From: Haliotis cracherodii | Taxonomy: Eukaryota | Assembly (NCBI RefSeq): GCF_022045235.1 | Contig: NW_027266268.1 | Coordinates: forward strand, 22,382,001 to 22,446,000 | Length of the DNA stretch: 64,000 bases | Direction: 5' to 3' | Shown: positions 60,370 to 64,000 of the stretch, piece by piece | Numbering within the stretch: position 1 is the stretch's first letter | Layout of the letters: every line of letters begins with the position of its first letter | Notes under the pieces: model-generated | Told to the model about the DNA's origin: nothing | Databases searched by the model: none | What the model saw: only the letters and a program-made list of their open reading frames with translations | Position numbers and translations under genes: made by a program

Positions 60370-60815
60370 TGGTGCGGGGTGTATGGGGGTGTGTGTCTGT
60401 CGAGGGGGATGGGGGTGTAGGGTGTGTGTGTATGTGTGTATAGTGTGTATGTAGAGAGTGGGGGTCTATGGGTGTGTGTATGTAGAGAGTGGATGTGTGG
60501 TGTGTGAATGTGTGTGGGTGTGTGTAGAGTGTGGATGTGTGGTGTGTGTACGTGGGTGGCGTGTGTGTGGTGTGTGTGTGGTGTGTGGGTGTGGGTGTGT
60601 GTAGAGTGCGGGGGTGTATGGGTGTGTGTAGAGTGTGGATGTGTGGTGTGTGTACGTGGGTGGCGTGTGTGTGGTGTGTGTGGATGTGTGGTGTGTGTAC
60701 GTGGGTGGCGCGTGGGTGCGTAGTGTGTGGGTGTAAAGTGTATGAGTGTGTGTATCGGTTGTATAGGGTGTGGTGTGTAGATGTGGGTGGTGTGGGAGTA
60801 TTGTGCGCGTGTGTG
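60370..60815. repeat. GT-rich low-complexity repeat next to a gap
   Basis: Directly visible in sequence. Confidence 0.9.
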
Positions 60816-61229
60816 TCTTTATGGCTGGGGATTACTGGGAGGCAGAACAAGTTCACCATTTGTGTATCACAGTGGGATTCAGTGACAGACCAGGTTCCAA
60901 GTTCACAATCTGTGTCTGAAGAGGCTTGCGAACCCTTGTTAATTCTCTGTGCTCTGATCTAGTCTTCAAAGGCGGGTTCGGACTCAGTAACGACCGTTGT
61001 GAGAACTTGTGCTCCAAATTACTCGTCTACAATCATTTGGGACTTTAATGAGGTTTTTTAAAATACTGTTTAAACCGACGTTAAACCCGCGCATTAGACA
61101 ACGTCTGATGGAAACGGTCATTTTCACTCTGGAACACAATCATGTTCATACACGCCCACTGTGCCTCCTATCAAATATCCCGCCATTCATCCTCGCCTAA
61201 AGTTTAACAGTACTTATCCGGAATAACAA

Positions 61230-62220
61230 ACCGCCCACTTCATCCCACCCATCGACACACAACACCGACCCTTCCAATCGACCCCAGCACCCGACTCCAT
61301 CCACGGACACCAAACACCTGCCACACCCACCGACCGACACACAAGACCGACACCAGCCCCCGACTCCAGCCCCCGACTCTATCCACGGACACCAAACACC
61401 TGCCACACCCACCGACCGACACACAAGACCGACACCAGTCCCCGACTCCACCCACCGACTCCACCCATCGACTTCACCCACCGACGCACAAGGCCGGCCA
61501 CTGCCTTCGACTCCACACAACAACAATAAATACCTGCCACTCCCACCAACACACAACACTGACCTCTCCAATCGACACAACCCACCAACCCTATCCAACC
61601 ACTCCACCCACTGACACCAAACAGCTGCCACTTCCACCGACCGACACACAAGGACGACACCATCGACTGACCGAGCCCACCAATCAGCCTCATTCATCAA
61701 CCCTTATCAACCGATTCATCCCACGAACACAAAACACTGACCACCGGTCAAATCCACCGACACACAACACTGACCAGCGGTCACACCCACCGACACACAA
61801 CACTGACCAGCGGTCACATCCACCGACACACAACACTGACCAGCGGTCACACCCACCGACACACAACACTGACCAGCGGTCACACCCACCGACACACAAC
61901 ACTGACCACCGGTCACACCCACCGACACACAACACTGACCATCGATCACACCCACCGACACACAACACTGAGCCTACCGACAGACACACCGATCCCGCCT
62001 ATCGGCCACCTCCGCCAACTCCACCCACAGACAACACTCACCGTCCCCACACACTGACAACAACCACGGACCGCACCAACCGACCCCATCCACTGACAAC
62101 AACCACCGGCCGCACCCAAAAACAACACCGACCCCACCCACCGACAACACCCACCAGCCACCGCCACTGACCCCAACCACCGGCCGCACCCACCGACCCC
62201 ACCTACTGACAACATCCATC
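61230..62220. repeat. CA-rich degenerate repeat with a 33-bp tandem core (61730-61985)
   Basis: CACACAACACTGACCAGCGGTCACACCCACCGA. Confidence 0.9.
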
Positions 62221-62734
62221 TACTTTCAACTTCCTTTCAATCGACGCTCCCCTTCGGTACAAGCGAAATCCATCTTCATCTTCATATGTCCACCGATCTG
62301 CACTATTTTACCAATCCGCAACAATAACGCAGTGACGAACTACACGACACTCTACCATTAGAAATTGTATATTCTTCACTTAACACATATTTACAAACCA
62401 CAAATTTCCAGCCGCCACCTCTGTTAAGCCCGACCTATATACTCGACTACGTGACAGATAGGTCAGGTATCTCCACGCTCTAGTAAGTATTTACGCAAAG
62501 CATCCTAAACGAGCCCCCGCCTATCTCCTATCAACATTCATATCTCCACACCCCACTTCCACCTGTGTATACGAACCCACTGGCTTTATCCCCGACAGAC
62601 CCACAAGGTATATGTTTATATACATAATACTTATGTAGAACCCGGGGTATACTGTCCCGAGGCGATTGTCTCACTGATAACACAGGCTATGCGCTACGTA
62701 CCTGCGTGCCGCAATGGCACATATAAGTGGCCAA

Positions 62735-62841
62735 GGACCCGTTCCACAAAGCGATCTTAGCGCCACGATTGTCGTAAGTCTATGTTAAAGTATAAGAGTT
62801 ACAATCGCCTTAGCGCTAAGATCGCTTTGTGAAATTGGGCC
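62735..62841. mobile_element. 107-bp Harbinger-like MITE
   Basis: Same family as 16339-16445. Confidence 0.8.
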
Positions 62842-62843
62842 CA

Positions 62844-64000
62844 GGTGTGTTGTGACGTGGACAGGCAGATGTGTTGTGAGGTGGACAGGCAGATATGTTG
62901 TGAGGTGGGGTAGGTGTGTGGTGAGGTGGGGAAGGTGTGTTGTGAGGTGGGGTAGGTATGATGTGAGGTGGATTAGGTGTGTTGTGAAGTGGAACAGGAA
63001 GGTGTGTTGTGAGGTGGACAGGTAGATATGTTGTGTGGTGGGGTAGTTGTGTTGTGAGGTGGGGAATGTGTGTTGTGAGGTGGGGAAGGTGTGTTGTGAA
63101 GTTGGGTAGGTATGTTGTGAGGTGGGGTAGGTGTGTTGTGAGGTGGACAGGCAGATGTGTTGTGAGGTGGGGAAGGCGTGTTGTGAGGTGGGGAAGGTGT
63201 GTTGTGAGGTGGACAGGTAGCTGTGTTGTGAGGTGGGGTAGGTGTGTTGTGAGGTGGACAGGCAGATGTGTTGTGAGGTGGGGAAGGCGTGTTGTGAGGT
63301 GGGGAAGGCGTGTTGTGAGGTGGACAGGTAGCTGTGTTGTGAAGTGGGGTAGGTGTGTTGTGAGGTGGACAGGCAGATGTGTTGTGAGGTGGGGAAGGCG
63401 TGTTGTGAGGTGGACAGGTAGCTGTGTTGTGAGGTGGGGAAGGTGTATTGTGAGGTGGACAGGTAGATATGTTGTGAGGTGGGGTAGGTGTGTTGTGAGG
63501 TGGACAGGTAGATGTGTTCTGAGGTGGGGAAGGCGTGTTGTGAGGTGGACAGGTAGATATGTTGTGAGGTGGGGAAGGTGTGTTGTGAGGTGGGGAAGGT
63601 GTGTTGTGAGGTGTGGAAGGTGTGTTGTGAGGTGTGGTATACGTAGGTGTGTTGTGAGGTGGACAGGTAGATGTGTTGTGAGGTGGGGAAGGTGTGTTGT
63701 GAGGTGGACAGGTTGGTGTGTTGTAAGGTGGACAGATAGATGTGTTGTGAGGTGGACAGGAAGGTGTTCTGTAAGGTGGGGTAGGTGTGTTGTGAGGTGG
63801 GTTAGGTGTATTGTGAGATGGACAGGTTGGTGTGTTGTGAGGGAGACAGGTTGGTGTGTTGTGAGGGAGACAGGTAGGTGTGTTGTGAGGTGGGGTTGGT
63901 GTGTTGTGAGGGAGACAGGTTGGTGTGTTGTGAGGGAGACAGGTAGGTGTGTTGTGAGGTGGGGTAGGTGAGTTGTGAGGTGGGGTAGGTGTGTTGTGAG
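62844..64000. repeat. G-rich 21/24-bp minisatellite running off the window end
   Basis: GTGTGTTGTGAGGTGGGGAAG and GTGTTGTGAGGTGGACAGGTAGAT units. Confidence 0.95.

Noticed and set aside
63009-63971. 320-aa Arg/Trp/Val-rich ORF
   Set aside because: Product of the 21/24-bp G-rich minisatellite; GTG start.

Overview
Eukaryotic, repeat-rich animal DNA with two assembly gaps; the SINE/MITE complement points to a mollusc, plausibly a gastropod such as abalone (inference, not checked). There is one clear host gene, an intronless NRARP (Notch-regulated ankyrin repeat protein) CDS at 5947-6294 (+), with a CSL/Su(H) site and CCAAT boxes upstream and a probable ~3 kb 3' UTR ending near AATAAA 9319. A young, intact BEL/Pao LTR retrotransposon lies at 37930-46023 (-), with an ATTTG target-site duplication, near-identical LTRs and a single ~1960-aa gag-pol ORF. 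The rest is a decayed Tc1 transposon, four SINE-like families with related 3' tails, several MITEs and many mini/microsatellites; most ORFs in the track are artefacts of these repeats. Most notable: (1) the BEL element has no tRNA-type PBS, and its PBS position is instead complementary (11 nt perfect, extendable) to its own LTR, suggesting Tf1-like self-priming; (2) a K-box (miR-2 family seed) cluster in the putative Nrarp 3' UTR; (3) an 11-bp motif TGTCGTCTGCT clustered in both orientations at the Nrarp 3' end, including a hairpin over the stop codon; (4) a minisatellite just downstream carrying about 26 GY-box (miR-7 seed) matches. Coordinates were counted by hand and may be off by a few bases for degenerate repeats.
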